From contig JACTMO010000053.1 in NCBI GenBank assembly GCA_014584605.1, positions 89,792-153,791 of the forward strand: a stretch of 64,000 nucleotides of DNA, written 5' to 3'. How positions within the stretch are numbered: position 1 is the stretch's first letter; the number at the start of each line of letters is the position of its first letter. Source of the stretch: Bacteroidota bacterium. GTDB lineage: Bacteria > Bacteroidota > Bacteroidia > Flavobacteriales_F > PHOS-HE28. Under the pieces are notes generated by a model. That model did no database searches. It was not told the DNA's origin and was given only the letters and a program-made list of their open reading frames with translations. Shown here piece by piece: positions 1 to 8,525 of this stretch. A program made the position numbers and the translations under genes.

Positions 1-488
1 ATCCGCAGGCGGACTGCGAGACCGTGCTGCTCACCGCCGCCTTCGCGCCCAACAGCATCTACGTGTGGTATGTGAACGGCCAGCCCTACAGCGAGGAGCG
101 ATCCCCGCCCTACTACCTTCCGCCCGATGCCGACGATGCCGTGCAGTTCATGCTGGTGGTCACGAACACGGACAGTTGCCGCAGCAGCGACATGGTCACG
201 GTGTACCCGCCCACATGTGTGCATGTGCCGAACGCCGTCACCATGAACGGCGACGGCAACAACGAGCTCTTCTTCCCGGTGGTGTATCCGGCGGTGCGCT
301 TCCGCGAGTTCCGTATCTTCAACCGGTGGGGCGAGGTGATCCACCATTGCACGGGCACGGTGGTCCCTTGGGACGGGACGGTGGGCGGTGCGCGCGCGCA
401 GGACGGCGTGTACGTGTGGAAGCTGCGCTACAGCGACGGCCACGACAACGAGCTGGAGCGGGTGGGGCACGTGACCCTGTTGCGATGA
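1..488 (+). CDS. C-terminal fragment of a T9SS type-B (gliding motility-associated) CTD protein; the 5' end lies outside the window
   Basis: The frame is open from nt 3. The C-terminal module 'VPNAVTMNGDGNNELFFP...FRIFNRWGEVI...WDGT...DGVYVWKLRY...GHVTLLR' is typical of the Bacteroidota type-B T9SS sorting domain. Stop at 486-488. Confidence 0.7.
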   Translation, partial: PQADCETVLLTAAFAPNSIYVWYVNGQPYSEERSPPYYLPPDADDAVQFMLVVTNTDSCRSSDMVTVYPPTCVHVPNAVTMNGDGNNELFFPVVYPAVRFREFRIFNRWGEVIHHCTGTVVPWDGTVGGARAQDGVYVWKLRYSDGHDNELERVGHVTLLR

Positions 489-2869
489 GGAGAGATCACG
501 GCATCGGGGAGACCCTGGCAGGAGCACGGAGCCGCGTGGTCCTTCAGGTGGCCCTGTGGACGGTCTTCATAGGAGTGTTCGTTGGTTGCGACGGTGGTGG
601 GAGCGCATCGGAGAAGGAGGCCGACGTGGCGGACACCACGCGGTATCGCATGCTCTGTGAAGCTGTCCGGTCCGTGTACCGCACCCGACCGGATAGTGCG
701 TGGGCGTTACTTGAACAGGCGGAAGCCACGGCTGCAAGGATCGGAGGGGACAGCCTTCGGTACGATGTTGAGGACCTGCACTACGAGGTGCTGCAAGCCC
801 GATATGATAGCTCCGCTCTTCGGTACCAGTTGGGTCGGATCGCCGATCGGGAGCGCAGCGGCGCACGAGAGCCCTTGATGCACGCCTGGATGAACCTGGC
901 CCTGAACCGGCTGCAGGCGGGGGATTTTCCTGCGGCGGACAGCCTGCTTCACCTCGCCCGCAAGGAGGCGATCTCCCTGAAGGACAGCATGGACCTGGCC
1001 CAGACCGGGTGGATGCTGATGAACGTGCTCAACATGACGGGGCGACCGGGCTCTGCCATCGCCATCGGGAGAGAGGTGCTTCGGATACCACCGACCGGGT
1101 CCGTTCGTCCGATCATCGAACTGGTGCGTCTGGACCAGGCCATCGCGTACATGGGGAATGGAGACCTGGACAGCGCCGATCAGCTTTTCCGGGCCGGCTT
1201 GTCCTCGGACTGGGTGCTGAAAAACCCGAACATATGGCAGTCCGCGGCGGTGAACTATGCCGAGCTCAGGACGAACCAAGGGGATCTCGCGGGAGCGTTG
1301 GACCTGCTCCTCGCCGCCGAAAAGAAATTGGTCGCGCTCGGGGATACGCTCCAACTCGCGGTCCTGAAGATGAACCTGGGCAGCCTGCTTGCCAGTCTCC
1401 ATCGACACGAGGAGGCCTTGGTGGCCTACGAGGATGCGGGGAAATACGCCCGGATCGTGGGCATGCAGGAAATTTCAACTTCCACCAAGGGGCTGATGGC
1501 GCTGCTCAGGGTGAATGGGAATGGACACAAGGAGGGAAGAGCGGTCGCCACCAGGGATGAACCCATCCGTACAGATTTGGAAGTCCTTCGGGAGGCATTG
1601 AGCGCGGCGCGCACCAACACGAGCCAACGCTTCGTGGACCTTTTTCTGACCGGGATCGGATCGGCCCACCTACAGCTCGGGGACCTCCATGGTGCCCGGC
1701 AGGCGATCGACAGTGCGCTCACCGGAGCGCGGGACCGGGGCGATCGAAGCGCCTTGCAGGAAGCGTTGCTCGTCTCCGGTGACATTCATGCGGCCCAAGG
1801 CCGGCCGATGGACGCCGAGCACGACTATGCGGAAGCACTTCGCATCTGCCGTGAGTTGGGAGGCAGACAGCACACCATCCGTGCGCTGGACAGATCGGCC
1901 GGGGTGTATGAAGCCACCGGACGACCGCTGCAAGCCTTGTCGGCCGTCAGGGAGGCGAAGGAACTCCAGCTCCGGCTCTTCACCGACAGCACCATGAATG
2001 AGGTGGCACGGTTGGAGGCCCGGGCCGCGTTCGAGAAGAAACAGCTCACCGACAGCCTCGCCCACGCCCAGCAGCTCGCCTTGGAACGCGCAGAGGCCCA
2101 GGCCCGCATCGACCACCAACGCACGCGCACCGTGGCCGCAATGGGCGGAGGAGCCGTGTTGCTCATGGGTGGCGGTGTGGCGTTCGCGCTGGACCGCCGC
2201 CGCCGCCAGGCCCGTTTCGCGCAGCGGGCCGCCGAACTGGAGCGCGAGGCCGCGCGCTTCGAGACGCAGGCCCTGCGCAGCCAGATGAACCCGCACTTCA
2301 TCTTCAACGCGCTCAACTCCATCGCCGGCTATGTGCAGGGCAACGACCCCGACCGTGCGCAGAGCTTCCTGGCCCGCTTCGCGAAGCTGATGCGGGCCGT
2401 GCTGGAGAACAGCCGCTTTGCCGAAGTGGCGCTGGCCCGGGACCTGGAGGTGCTGCGGGCCTACATGGAACTGGAGCGCGTGCGTGCGCAGGGCAAGTTC
2501 AGTTACACCATCACCGTGGCGCCCGACGTGGACGCAGAGGCGGTGCTGGTGCCGCCGTTGCTGGCGCAGCCCTTCGTGGAGAACGCGATCTGGCACGGGG
2601 TGGCGGGCAAGGAGGGCGAAGGGCGCATCGTCGTGCACGTGGAGCGGGCCGATGGCCAGTTGCGCATCCGGGTGGAGGACGATGGTGTGGGCCGTGCGCA
2701 ACAACGCAGTGCGGTGAGCAGGGAGAAGACCAGCCTGGGCACGGCCATCACGCGCAGCCGGCTGGACCTGGTGGAGAAGCAGAAGGGGGCCCCGGCGGGC
2801 TTCCGTTATGTGGAGGTGCCGGTGGGCACACGCGTGGAGATCCACCTGCCGCTGGAACTGGCGGCATAG
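485..2869 (+). CDS. Sensor histidine kinase: lipoprotein-like N-terminus, TPR repeats, one TM helix, LytS-type His_kinase and HATPase
   Basis: The ATG at 485 overlaps the upstream stop (ATGA). N-terminus 'VVLQVALWTVFIGVFVGCDG' looks like a lipobox. The TPR-like helical region is followed by TM 'AAMGGGAVLLMGGGVAFAL'. 'MNPHFIFNALNSIAGYV' is the PF06580 His_kinase signature, followed by a C-terminal ATPase. The 65..484 part of the tracked ORF is an upstream extension overlapping gene 1 in another frame. Confidence 0.8.
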   Translation: MRRDHGIGETLAGARSRVVLQVALWTVFIGVFVGCDGGGSASEKEADVADTTRYRMLCEAVRSVYRTRPDSAWALLEQAEATAARIGGDSLRYDVEDLHYEVLQARYDSSALRYQLGRIADRERSGAREPLMHAWMNLALNRLQAGDFPAADSLLHLARKEAISLKDSMDLAQTGWMLMNVLNMTGRPGSAIAIGREVLRIPPTGSVRPIIELVRLDQAIAYMGNGDLDSADQLFRAGLSSDWVLKNPNIWQSAAVNYAELRTNQGDLAGALDLLLAAEKKLVALGDTLQLAVLKMNLGSLLASLHRHEEALVAYEDAGKYARIVGMQEISTSTKGLMALLRVNGNGHKEGRAVATRDEPIRTDLEVLREALSAARTNTSQRFVDLFLTGIGSAHLQLGDLHGARQAIDSALTGARDRGDRSALQEALLVSGDIHAAQGRPMDAEHDYAEALRICRELGGRQHTIRALDRSAGVYEATGRPLQALSAVREAKELQLRLFTDSTMNEVARLEARAAFEKKQLTDSLAHAQQLALERAEAQARIDHQRTRTVAAMGGGAVLLMGGGVAFALDRRRRQARFAQRAAELEREAARFETQALRSQMNPHFIFNALNSIAGYVQGNDPDRAQSFLARFAKLMRAVLENSRFAEVALARDLEVLRAYMELERVRAQGKFSYTITVAPDVDAEAVLVPPLLAQPFVENAIWHGVAGKEGEGRIVVHVERADGQLRIRVEDDGVGRAQQRSAVSREKTSLGTAITRSRLDLVEKQKGAPAGFRYVEVPVGTRVEIHLPLELAA

Positions 2870-2933
2870 CCCGCCGGAGTTCCCGCCGACCGAGGGGCCG
2901 CTTGGCAGGACGTGGTGCGGATGTTAGCTTGCG

Positions 2934-3716
2934 ATGCGCGCGACAGTGCACAGTACGCTCATGAACGGGACCAGGATCACGGCAGCGATCATCGACGACG
3001 AGGCCATTTGCATCACGGCCTTGGAGGGCCTGTTGCGCCGACGCCATCCCGAACTCGACCTCGTGGGCACGGCATCCGACGTGCCGGGCGGGGTGGCGCT
3101 GGCGAAGGACAAGCGACCCGACCTGCTCTTTCTGGACGTGGAGCTCGGGGACATGACGGGCTTCGACCTGTTGAAGGCCATCGCACCCCTGCGGCCGCTG
3201 GTGATCTTCACCACGGCCCACGAGAGCTACGTCGTGAAGGCGATCCGGTTCAACGCGCTGGACTATCTGCTGAAGCCCATCGACCCCGAGGAACTGGACG
3301 ATGCGGTACACAAGGCCGTGCGCGAGCGGGGCGGTCATGCCGCTTCACCTGACCGCATAGCACCGCTGCTGGGCACCTTGATGAGCGACCGCCAGCTGGC
3401 GCTGCCCGATGCCAGTGGCCTGGTGGTGGTCCATCTGGACGACATCCTGTACTGCACCAGCGACAACAACTACACCTCGGTGCATGTGCGGGGCGACAAG
3501 AAGCCGATGGTGGTGAGCCGCCCCCTGAGCGAGTTCGATACCTTCCTCGCAGGGCAGGGCTTCGTGCGCATCCACCAGAGCCACCTGATCAATCGCAAGC
3601 ACATCCGTCGCTACATGAAGGGCGAAGGCGGCGAGGTGATCATGAGCGATGGGGCCAACCTGCCCGTGAGCCGCCGTCAGAAGGCCGATCTGATGGAGGC
3701 CTTGGAGCGCTTGTAA
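2934..3716 (+). CDS. LytTR-family response regulator (REC + LytTR DNA-binding domain)
   Basis: REC motifs 'AAIIDDE', 'LFLDVELGDMTGFDLL', 'IFTTAHESYVVKAIRFNALDYLLKP'. C-terminal LytTR 'VVVHLDDILYCTSDNNYTSVHVRGDKKPMVVSRPLSEFDTFL...FVRIHQSHLIN'. An alternative ATG at 2961 is possible. Confidence 0.9.
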   Translation: MRATVHSTLMNGTRITAAIIDDEAICITALEGLLRRRHPELDLVGTASDVPGGVALAKDKRPDLLFLDVELGDMTGFDLLKAIAPLRPLVIFTTAHESYVVKAIRFNALDYLLKPIDPEELDDAVHKAVRERGGHAASPDRIAPLLGTLMSDRQLALPDASGLVVVHLDDILYCTSDNNYTSVHVRGDKKPMVVSRPLSEFDTFLAGQGFVRIHQSHLINRKHIRRYMKGEGGEVIMSDGANLPVSRRQKADLMEALERL

Positions 3717-3736
3717 GGCGGGCCGAACAGACCTCT

Positions 3737-3774
3737 TCCGCCGGATCCTCGGTGCGCGCCGCCGGATCCTCGAT
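3737..3774 (+). promoter_or_regulatory. Two direct repeats of CCGCCGGATCCTCG, 21 bp start-to-start; candidate LytTR operator
   Basis: Copies at ~3738-3751 and ~3759-3772, about 75-110 bp upstream of the ATG at 3849. The same motif pair recurs at 5583-5617. Confidence 0.4.
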
Positions 3775-3848
3775 CCCCATGGGCCGGGTCGTTCGGCCGC
3801 TGGACTTTTGGTCCGTCACCGCACGATCACCCGTCAACCCGACCCGTC

Positions 3849-4652
3849 ATGAACACTATCGCCCGCCACTTCGGCACCTGCATCACCTGCGGCCTTGCGG
3901 CCCTGTTCATCCTCACAAGCGCTCATGCGAACGCGCAAGCCGAAGGCCTGGATGCGCACATCCGTGAACTGGACCGCCAGATCGCCCAGGCTGCGGCCGA
4001 GCAGAACTACGTCGCCGCCGCCGGTCTGCAACGGGACCGCGCCAACTGGGTGGCCCTGAGGGAGGCCATCGACGCCAATGACGCGGCCCGCATCCTGTCC
4101 CTCCAACAGGCGCTTGCGAACCCGTACGTGTACACCGCAGGTGGCAGCGCACAGCGCCCGGCAGAGACCTCTCCCACCGCCAACGGACCCGAGTTCATGC
4201 ATCAGGTCTACACCAAGGAAGCCGATGGCAGCTACCGGCAGCTGGAGAAGGAGGAGGCCAGCCGGTCCTCATCCGGCGGCGGTTATGCCGGTTTTGGCGG
4301 GCGCGTGTCATCGATCAAGATCCCCGGCGACCGCTCCAACGTGCGCTTTCCCGTCGGTACCACGCCCCGCTTCGTGGTGAAGACCTATCCAGGCCAGGAC
4401 CCTTCGGACCTCATCGAGCTGGTGCGCTTTGAGGTGCGCGGCGTCCGCAAGGACCGCTACGCGGATATGAGCAAGAGCAGCCACGCCTTCCATCATCACA
4501 GCAGCAGCGAGGTCACCGAGAACCGCATCCGCATCACCTTCACCAACCTGGGCGAACAGGTGTACGGGATCGCTACCGACGAGCCGCTGCCTGCCGGCGA
4601 GTACGCCTTCCTGAACGGGAGCAAGGTGTTCGCCTTCGGGGTGGGGGAGTGA
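3849..4652 (+). CDS. Secreted hypothetical protein (signal peptide, no recognisable domain)
   Basis: ATG start; N-terminus 'MNTIARHFGTCITCGLAALFILTSAHANAQA' is a signal peptide. No family recognised. A His-rich patch 'HAFHHHSSSE' is present. Confidence 0.6.
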   Translation: MNTIARHFGTCITCGLAALFILTSAHANAQAEGLDAHIRELDRQIAQAAAEQNYVAAAGLQRDRANWVALREAIDANDAARILSLQQALANPYVYTAGGSAQRPAETSPTANGPEFMHQVYTKEADGSYRQLEKEEASRSSSGGGYAGFGGRVSSIKIPGDRSNVRFPVGTTPRFVVKTYPGQDPSDLIELVRFEVRGVRKDRYADMSKSSHAFHHHSSSEVTENRIRITFTNLGEQVYGIATDEPLPAGEYAFLNGSKVFAFGVGE

Positions 4653-4754
4653 GCGGAGGGATGGGAGCGGAAGCACATGGTATGAACGATATCTACGACC
4701 TTGCGTCCTGAAGCCAACGGACCTGCACCAGCCTTAACCAATAACACCGACCTC

Positions 4755-5528
4755 ATGATCTCCCGGATGGCCGTGCTCCTGACCCTGTTGATACTGACCC
4801 CACAAGGCGTCAGCGCGCAGGACGCAACGAATGCTCCCTGGGGAGGCTTCCACGCCGGCGTGGTGCTGGGCCCTGCCTTGGGCAGCGGCAACACCACCGT
4901 GGCCAACGGTACCGACGATCGTTCACAGGTATTCTGGAACCCCGCCTTCGAGAACGGACGGCTGCGCACCCAATACACCCGGCTGATGGTCGGTCCGGCC
5001 TTCGGGATCCAGGGCGGCTACGACCGGCGGATGGGCAACTTCGTGGTGGGGGGATCGCTGGCGCTGATGCGCTCCGGCGCCAAGGCCGAGGAGGGCTACC
5101 TGCTGAGCGGCACCAGCGTATGGTCCAGCGTGTCGGAGGAACGCGAGCAGCGCCTCAACTTCCTGGGCCTGTTGCGTGCCCGTGCCGGTGTGGTGATCAA
5201 GGACCGCTGGCTTGCCTACGGCACCATGGGTCTTTCTTTCGGCGCGGTGCGATACGAGTACGACATGGACAGCCCGGGCAGCAGCGACTATCACGAGGTG
5301 GACGAGGGTCGTGTGGCCGTGGGATGGAACCTGGGCCTGGGTCTGGAGCGCCACATCTGGAAACAGCTCACCGCGCAAGTGGAGTACACCTTCAACGGCA
5401 TGGGCAGGCATACCTACACCACCGTCCCCAGTGGTCGCAACGCCAATATGGACACGCACTTCGACGTCACCTTCCGCGACCATTACCACACGGTGCTTTT
5501 AGGAGCCCGTTGGTATTTCCCGATGTAA
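4755..5528 (+). CDS. Outer-membrane beta-barrel protein (OmpA-like/porin-family barrel)
   Basis: The tracked ORF starts with TTG at 4701; the first ATG at 4755 gives signal peptide 'MISRMAVLLTLLILTPQGVSAQD'. Alternating amphipathic strands, Gly/aromatic-rich, with C-terminal 'ARWYFPM' (terminal aromatic). Confidence 0.6.
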   Translation: MISRMAVLLTLLILTPQGVSAQDATNAPWGGFHAGVVLGPALGSGNTTVANGTDDRSQVFWNPAFENGRLRTQYTRLMVGPAFGIQGGYDRRMGNFVVGGSLALMRSGAKAEEGYLLSGTSVWSSVSEEREQRLNFLGLLRARAGVVIKDRWLAYGTMGLSFGAVRYEYDMDSPGSSDYHEVDEGRVAVGWNLGLGLERHIWKQLTAQVEYTFNGMGRHTYTTVPSGRNANMDTHFDVTFRDHYHTVLLGARWYFPM

Positions 5529-5550
5529 CGGATCGACAGCCAACGTGTTG

Positions 5551-5573
5551 AACGGCGCCGAAGGGGCGCCGTT
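5551..5573 (+). terminator. Perfect 9-bp stem hairpin (AACGGCGCC-GAAGG-GGCGCCGTT) just after the 5528 stop; terminator-like but no U-tract
   Basis: Inverted repeat read directly from the sequence. No T-run follows. Confidence 0.3.
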
Positions 5574-5582
5574 CCGCGTTCC

Positions 5583-5617
5583 CACCGGATCCTCACCATA
5601 CACCGCCGGATCCTCGG
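5583..5617 (+). promoter_or_regulatory. Second pair of CC(A/G)CCGGATCCTC direct repeats, 20 bp start-to-start; candidate LytTR operator
   Basis: 'CCACCGGATCCTCACC' at ~5583 and 'CCGCCGGATCCTCGG' at ~5603, about 80-110 bp upstream of the ATG at 5696. Confidence 0.4.
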
Positions 5618-5695
5618 CCGGGCAAGGAATGCGCAGACTGCCAGGGGAGTTTTGACCCGTCACGAACGACGAACAGCCCAAACACCCTGGTCATC

Positions 5696-6340
5696 ATGAA
5701 CACCCAAGCGAACTTTCGGTCTCTTCTTGTCGGCATCACCCTCTGCCTGTCCATCACCGGCGTGCAGGCACAGGACGCGGATCCCGCACCGGCCTTCGGC
5801 AAAGGCCGCATCGCCCTCAACGCCGGCATCGGCCTGGGCGGTGTGCGCCCCGGCTACTACGGCAGCTACAACGACAGCTACAGCAACAGCCCCACGTTCT
5901 GCCTCAGCGCGGAGGGGGGTGTGGCCAAGGCCGGCCCGGGCGTCATCGGTGTGGGCGGCTTCCTGTCCCACCGCTGGACGCGTCACGTGGATGAAGACAG
6001 CTACGGCAGCGTCACCTACACCTTCGACGAGCGCTGGACCCGCACCACCGTCGGCGTGCGCGCGGCCTGGCACCTCAGCGAGTACGTGCCCGCAGACAAG
6101 CTGGACCTCTATGCCGGAGTGATGCTCGGCTACGCGATCGTGGGATACCGGAACGAGAGCACCCGCACGGTGAACGGAGAGACGACCGCGTACAGCACCA
6201 ACAGCCGTCCGCGTCGGGGCTATGCCGATTGGAGCACCTTCGTGGGCGCCCGCTGGTTCTTCACCCGCAACGTCGGGGTCTATGCGGAGGCGGGCTACGG
6301 CGTAAGCTACATCAACCTGGGGGCGGCCTTCCGTTTCTGA
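5696..6340 (+). CDS. Outer-membrane beta-barrel protein (small porin-like barrel)
   Basis: Signal peptide 'MNTQANFRSLLVGITLCLSITGVQAQD'. Gly/Tyr-rich strands; C-terminal 'GVSYINLGAAFRF' ends in Phe. Confidence 0.6.
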   Translation: MNTQANFRSLLVGITLCLSITGVQAQDADPAPAFGKGRIALNAGIGLGGVRPGYYGSYNDSYSNSPTFCLSAEGGVAKAGPGVIGVGGFLSHRWTRHVDEDSYGSVTYTFDERWTRTTVGVRAAWHLSEYVPADKLDLYAGVMLGYAIVGYRNESTRTVNGETTAYSTNSRPRRGYADWSTFVGARWFFTRNVGVYAEAGYGVSYINLGAAFRF

Positions 6341-6440
6341 GGTGAACGAAGAGTCCGTTCCCCCCGGGAACGGACCAGGGCGGCGCCCCGGCGTTCTTCG
6401 GAACGGCCGGGGCGTTCGCCTACTTTCGGACGGACTTGCC

Positions 6441-7772
6441 ATGGCGACCCCTGCACCCTCTGACGACCCCCGCACCGTGTACACCCTGGCCCAGCTGGCC
6501 CGGGCCGTACAGCGGCAGATCGGGTCGGCCACCCACGGACGCAGCTTCTGGGTGCGTGCCGAGGTGGTGGACCTGAAGGTGAACCGCCACGCGTACCTGG
6601 AGCTCGCCGAGCACCGGAGCGGAACGCGCGTGGCCGTGATGCGCGCGGTGATCTGGCAGGACGCCCTGGCACGGGTCCGCGACAGCCTGGGCGCCGAGGC
6701 CGACGCCATCCTGAAGGAAGGCGTGGAGATCCTGTGCATGGCCCGCGTCAGCTACCACCTGGTCTTCGGCCTCAGCCTGGTGATCGAGGCGGTGGATCCC
6801 GCCTTCAACCTCGGCGCGCTGGAACGCCGCAAGCAGGCCACACTGGCCACCCTGCGCCAGGAGGGCCTGATGGATCTGAACCGCCTGCTGCCCGTGCCGC
6901 GGGTGATGCAGCGCATCGCCGTGCTGACCTCCAGGGGTTCGGCCGCGCACGCCGACCTGGAGAGCCACCTGGCCGGGAACGAGCACGGGTTCCACTTTCA
7001 CGTGCAGGTGTTCCACAGCGCCGTGCAGGGCGACAACGCCGCCTACGAGCTGGGGCGCTCCCTGGCGAAGGTCGATCCAGCCCGCTTCGATGCCGTGGTG
7101 CTGGTGCGGGGCGGCGGCAGCAAGCTCGATCTGGAGGCGTACAACGACCTGGCCCTGGCGCGCATGGTGGCGCGCATGCCCCTGCCGGTGCTCACCGGCA
7201 TCGGGCACGATGTGGACGTCACCGTGGTGGACCACATCGCCCACCGCGCCTTCAAGACGCCCACCGACGTGGCCGACCATCTGGTGGACCATGCACACGC
7301 CTTCGCGCAGGACCTCCTGGGGCGGATGATCCTCCTGCGCCACCAGGTGCTCACGGCCTTCGCGCAGCGGCGCAGCGTGCTGCAGGGCCGGGCCGGAAGC
7401 CTGGCCCACGCCGCCGGTGCCCGGGTGCTCCGCGAGCGCGCTCTGGTGGACGCGGCGGCACAGGATCTCCGCACCGCCCCGCTGCGCCGCCTGCGCCAGG
7501 TGGAGCGCGTGCGCCTGGACGACGCCCGCGAGACCCTCGCGCGCAGCGCACGAAGCGGGCTGCAGCTGCTGACCACGCACCTGCGCGGCATGGAGGACGC
7601 CATCGGCCTGCTGCGCCCCGACAAGCTGCTGGAACGGGGCTTCAGCATTGCCCGCCTTGATGGCGCCGCGGTGCACGACGCCTCCGCCCTCCGCCCCGGC
7701 GACGAACTGGTGACGACCTTTGCACGCGGAAGTGCACGGAGCACCATCACCGCCGTGGAACACGATGGCTGA
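6441..7772 (+). CDS. xseA: Exodeoxyribonuclease VII large subunit
   Basis: OB-fold N-terminus 'FWVRAEVVDLKVNRHAYLELAE' and catalytic region 'VLVRGGGSKLDLEAYNDLALARMVARMPLPVLTGIGHDVDV' match XseA. Start taken at the internal ATG at 6441 (MATPAPSDDPRTVYTLAQLARAVQ). Confidence 0.9.
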   Translation: MATPAPSDDPRTVYTLAQLARAVQRQIGSATHGRSFWVRAEVVDLKVNRHAYLELAEHRSGTRVAVMRAVIWQDALARVRDSLGAEADAILKEGVEILCMARVSYHLVFGLSLVIEAVDPAFNLGALERRKQATLATLRQEGLMDLNRLLPVPRVMQRIAVLTSRGSAAHADLESHLAGNEHGFHFHVQVFHSAVQGDNAAYELGRSLAKVDPARFDAVVLVRGGGSKLDLEAYNDLALARMVARMPLPVLTGIGHDVDVTVVDHIAHRAFKTPTDVADHLVDHAHAFAQDLLGRMILLRHQVLTAFAQRRSVLQGRAGSLAHAAGARVLRERALVDAAAQDLRTAPLRRLRQVERVRLDDARETLARSARSGLQLLTTHLRGMEDAIGLLRPDKLLERGFSIARLDGAAVHDASALRPGDELVTTFARGSARSTITAVEHDG

Positions 7773-7968
7773 AGAACGCCTCACCTACGACACGGCCTAC
7801 GCCGAACTGGAGCGCATCATGCAGGACCTGCAGGAGGACCGCATCGGCGTGGACGAGCTGACGGCCAAGGTGAAGCGGGCCGTGGAATTGGTGGCCTTCT
7901 GCAACACCATGCTGCGGGCCACCGAGGAGGAGGTGGAGCGGATCGTGAAGAAGCTCGGCGAAGGCTGA
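7765..7968 (+). CDS. xseB: Exodeoxyribonuclease VII small subunit
   Basis: 'MAEERLTYDTAYAELERIMQDLQEDRIGVDELTAKVKRAVELVAFCNTML' is typical XseB. The ATG at 7765 overlaps the xseA stop by 8 nt. Confidence 0.85.
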   Translation: MAEERLTYDTAYAELERIMQDLQEDRIGVDELTAKVKRAVELVAFCNTMLRATEEEVERIVKKLGEG

Positions 7969-8052
7969 GGCCGCCCACAGCACCCTGTTGATCTTCCCTT
8001 GGGCCGTGCCCGCGGTCCGGTCCACGGCGCGCTGGACCTTCGCCGCACTTCC

Positions 8053-8421
8053 ATGACCGACCGTTCCGCCGTCCTGCTGCTCGACCGCCTGAAGTCCCTG
8101 GCCGCCCGCAAGGCCCGTTTTGCCTACGATGTGCGGGGCCACAGCTTCGTCACCACCGGTGTGGTGGCGCCCTATGCCCCCGAAAGCGGCCGCGAGGAGG
8201 GTGCCGACCTGGTGGCCGTTTTGCGCCACGCCCTGGAGCACGACGGCGTGGTGAGCGGCGTGCGCGGGCCCGATGGCCGCATGCGGTTCACCAGCTGCCG
8301 TCTCTTCACCGACGTGCACAACGCCGTGGTCTTCGCCCGTGGACAACGCCAGGCCGCGGTGTACAACTGGAACCGCGAGGAGGAGGTGGTCGTGGGGGAG
8401 GGGCTTGCCCACCCGCGCTGA
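8053..8421 (+). CDS. Hypothetical protein
   Basis: Codon bias is consistent with coding; no recognisable domain. The ATG at 8053 is preferred over the TTG at 7999. Confidence 0.4.
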   Translation: MTDRSAVLLLDRLKSLAARKARFAYDVRGHSFVTTGVVAPYAPESGREEGADLVAVLRHALEHDGVVSGVRGPDGRMRFTSCRLFTDVHNAVVFARGQRQAAVYNWNREEEVVVGEGLAHPR

Positions 8422-8525
8422 CCCGCCCTGCGGCCGAAGCCTTTCGCACCGCCGTCGCCCCGATCCGCATGATGTCAGGGGCCCTCCGTCCGCACCGACC
8501 TATGTTGTCCGTCCATCGCATTGCC

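Noticed and set aside
65-484. 5' extension of the tracked 934-aa ORF upstream of the histidine kinase
   Set aside because: Overlaps the T9SS CTD gene in a different frame and the translation is Arg/His/Gly-rich. An ATG at 485 that overlaps the upstream stop gives a sensible lipoprotein-like N-terminus.
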